Positions 60,275-64,000 of a stretch of 64,000 nucleotides of DNA are shown in pieces; the stretch's first letter is position 1, and each line of letters begins with the position of its first letter. A program made the position numbers and the translations under genes. This DNA is from Mytilus edulis (Eukaryota). The stretch is from assembly GCF_963676685.1 (NCBI RefSeq), contig NC_092348.1:58404001-58468000 (forward strand), given 5' to 3'. The notes beneath the pieces were generated by a model. It made no database searches. It saw only the letters and a list, made by a program, of their open reading frames with translations, and had not been told where the DNA came from.

Positions 60275-62984
60275 ATGTCAGACTTAGGATCAGATGAAAT
60301 GGAAGATGAGCAGCACCCATATATTGGGGTTTGTACATTTCGAATTATGCAAAACTACCACTTGTCCATTAAATTAATCGAAATAGTAGTTTGTACGGAT
60401 CTCCTGTACTTGCTGAAAATTTTATTCAAGTATTGTACACCAAATTTCTGACCCAATACTGTAAATGAAAAAAACAACCTAGTACCATGTAAAGTTTGTT
60501 TATGTGGTTTACATAACTTAACCTACAATTAGAAAAGAGGAATAAAATACGTGTTTACGAATCTAAACATTTTGTTAATAACACGAACAGTGAATCTTAT
60601 TTTTTTGTAAAAACAGTGAGTGAGTGGAACCACCTTGACGATATTTATAAGACTATTTAACTTTTCTTTCAGGAGTACGAGGGAGGACGAAATGAAAATG
60701 ATGAACGTCATGGATTTGGTAAAGCCACTCTGGCAAATCAAGACACATATGAAGGAATGTATGAAAAAGGAAAACGAAATGGACAGGGAACATACAGGTA
60801 ACAGTTATATAATTTCTTTGGAAGTTTTTCCAGGTTAGGAATTGGTACATTTTCTTCGAACTTTTCTGAGATGTAGACACTGCAGAAGGTTTACATATTT
60901 TTAAGTCATTTGTCTATTTTTTTTAATGATTAAATGTTAAACCCTTGGGTTTTTTTTTTTCTTTAATGTTGCTATCTTTTATACATACATGTAAGATTTA
61001 ATATAATAGCAATTTTACTAATTTTAAATAAATTTTTTTAATAATACATTTTTTCATATACTTTGTAATACGTCTTATTGCTATACCCAGCTGACAAGAG
61101 AATCTGTCCTGCTTGAACTATTGAATGATGTCATACAACAATCACTTTTCCATTGTGGCGTCAGATATTTTGTATAATGACATCAAAATTTTACAGAACC
61201 CTGTGTGATGACCAGTAATGGCGGACAGATAGCGATAAGGTGTATTGATTTCTTTCATAATTTGTTTTTTTTTATAAAGCTAGTTGAAAAAAAAATCTAC
61301 TTCATTGTTTTCCAGATTTAGAAATGGTGCAAGATATATTGGTGAATATGCACAGAATCAAAAACATGGCCAGGGAACATTTATTTATCCAGATGGTTCA
61401 AAATATGAAGGTAAGTCAGCATTTTAATTTCTTTAAGTCTTTGCTTAACTTAAGAACTAGTAAAATGGGAGACTTAGATTTTTCAAATAACATCAACACA
61501 CTATTAGTTTTAATAAGGTCAGTTAAAATTGAACCAATAATGGTAACTCAATACTATTTGGTGGGCAGTTTTATTAGCATTTATAAATTACACATCCATG
61601 AGGGATATGAAACATTTTTTTATTGTTGATGTTAAAGTTAGTGCTCAAAGACCAGAAATTTAGAAAGCTTACATACAAAACCTTTTAAGTTTACCAGAAG
61701 ATTAAACTTTTTTAAAATTTCATTTGAAGAAATTTTTATTTTGTGTTGTAATTTGTGATATATATTTCATCATATCATTTATAATTGTCATGCAGGAAAC
61801 TGGGTCAAGGATCAAAGGTGTGGTTTTGGTAAATACACATACGTAAATGCTGATACATACGAAGGAGAATGGCAAGATCATTTACGACATGGTCAAGGAA
61901 CTTACACATATGCTCAAACAGGAACAAAATATGTTGGTCGATGGGTGAGAGGAAAGCGGGAAGGACATGGAGAGCTTATTCATGCAAATCATAAATATGT
62001 TGGAGTGTTTAAAGAAGACAAGGTAAACATACATTTTGTTTACCTGTTTTGGAGCTTGGATAAATGATTAGATTCAATAAATGTTTTTAAATTATGTGTG
62101 AAACATATAAAACTATATTATATTTTATCATCTGACTTTTATTCAGTTAAATCAGACAATGACTTTTTTATGCACTTATTGGGTGAAATAAATGTCCCTA
62201 TTTAAGGTTTTGTGAATATTTTCAGTTGCTACAAAATGTGTTTGTGTAGAACATACATCATTTTTCAATGAATATGAAAATTATAATTTTTACTACTTGA
62301 TTCTTCGTTCAGAAAACAGCATAATTAATAATCATTATTGAAATTTTAATGTCTTTCTGCTATAGCAATTTCACAAAGAAAATATTTTAAAAGTAAATTA
62401 TATTTAATTAATAATCTTTTATTTTGAATTTTAGCCACTAGGAAAAGGAAAATATGTTTTTGATATTGGTTGTGAACAACATGGAGAATACATACACATT
62501 GAACAGGTAATTGTTACTGAGTTATCTCCCATTTAACCTACAATTGTCATCCATAAAAAATGGAAAAAAATAATATCTCCACTGAGAGAAGTCCTGTAAA
62601 AAATATAAATGAATGAGTCCTTTAATTTAATACCTAGAAATAAAAAAAGATATTGAACTGCAGATAAAAGTACTTCATATTTTCAGGTTATAAAAATCAA
62701 TCAATTTAAACTAGGTGTTGCTATGGTTTACACATGATTAATTTAACTGTTGGACTATTTTGAAAAATTGTATACTGTACATGTGTATATTTCATCTAAG
62801 AGTTTCAGTAAATAACTTAAAAATCAATTTACAATGTTTTTTTCTTTTTTCCAGGAGAAAGAAGACAAGGCAGCTGATGACGAGGAGGCATCACCTAATG
62901 TTACACCTAAATGGAATGCTGGTCAGGTGACAGCTATCCATCTACAGACAGAGGAGGAAGAGAGAGCTGAGGAAGAATCACAAG
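60275..62984 (+). CDS. RSPH1: Radial spoke head component 1 homolog (MORN repeats), 5' part; gene continues downstream
   Basis: Exons 60275-60328, 60673-60797, 61316-61410, 61796-62022, 62435-62506 and 62855-62984 join in frame: [36 protein letters not shown]...YEG.W....R.G.G.Y repeats, then [15 protein letters not shown]. Confidence 0.93.
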
Positions 62985-63103
62985 GTAATAACTTAGTAAA
63001 CCAGACTTGGTTATTAAGTGTATACTAAAGTCAAACAAAATAAATCTTAAGCTTCTCGGACCAACTTTAACAAAATATTGATATTGAATTGGATAGAATT
63101 GTG

Positions 63104-63397
63104 TTTTTATGCCCCACCTACGATAGTAGAGGGGCATTATGTTTTCTGGTCTGTGCGTCCGTTCGTCCATTCGTTTGTTCGTCCGTCTGTCCCGCTTCAG
63201 GTTAAAGTTTTTGGTCAAGGTAGTTTTTGATAAAGTTGAAGTTCAATCGACTTCAAACTTGGTACACATGTTCCCTATGATATGATCTTTCTCATTTTAA
63301 TGCCAAATTAGAGATTTTACCCCAATTTCACGGTCCACTGAACATAGAAAATGATAGTGCGAGTGGGGCATTCGTGTACTGAGGACACATTCTTGTT
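63104..63397 (+). mobile_element. Helentron-associated (DINE-1/HINE-like) non-autonomous element in an RSPH1 intron
   Basis: 5' ATGCCCCAC with a nearby inverted GGGGCAT, a GTCC/GTTC microsatellite, 3' GTGGGGCAT plus GTGT/ACAC hairpin, T-rich flanks. Confidence 0.75.
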
Positions 63398-64000
63398 TTA
63401 TTTTCTTACACAATTGAGTAAAAAAAAGTTGACCTAGTTCTCAATAAACCATTTTTTATTTTGAGTTTTATATGAAAGATTTATTAGACAGGTTATCATT
63501 AGATGTGCTAAGTCTTGAGAAGCTTATTATTTAATTTTTGTTTTTTTACTAGATTTAATAACAAATAGTACTAGATAAAAATTACCTATTAATTTTAGTG
63601 ATTATGAAACTTTCAATATTCAAAATTCAAACTAATGAAAGAGATTGATCAATAGCTTTCTCGATAATGCATGCAAGATTCATGAGAAGACATCTTTGTG
63701 AAAATTATTGATAAAAACACTGTCTTTGATGATATTGATATCTTAACAAAATACAAGATAATACATGTAGCCATAAAAATATTTTTGCACATGTACATAT
63801 TTATATAATTTAATCTCTATCCTTACTAAAATTGAAAAATATTTTCTTTTCAATAATCTTTATTGAAAACTTTATGAAATGATTGCATACGATGTACATT
63901 GTTTGTAAATTACATAAATTAATGAGAAAATCTACCCAATGGCAACATTAAAAAATATTAAGAAATCTACAGCATGTTTTTTGTTGTTGTCAACCTATAA

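Overview
AT-rich, intron-containing animal DNA. The repeat and hammerhead content points to a mytilid bivalve, probably Mytilus (inference). Host genes: a 10-coding-exon bestrophin (minus, 2929-18643), an NHLH/HEN-type bHLH gene (minus, 29188-29631) and the first six exons of RSPH1 (plus, from 60275) behind an RFX/forkhead ciliary promoter. Mobile DNA dominates the rest. It includes an intact split-direct-repeat (PAT-like) DIRS-order tyrosine-recombinase retrotransposon nested in a MITE, many MITEs with target-site duplications (TSDs), and several families of Penelope-like (PLE, probably Naiad-type) retroelements. The main signal is the RNA architecture of the PLE 3' regions: RT stop, then a SECIS element, then a circularly permuted (P5-type) twister ribozyme with a 10-nt palindrome in its P1 arm, then a conserved terminal motif. 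This layout recurs in diverged families with compensatory base changes. A sister family has a different, unassigned palindrome-containing structured RNA in the same slot, and one non-coding element links a hammerhead remnant and a twister on the same strand. All structures were folded by eye, not computed.
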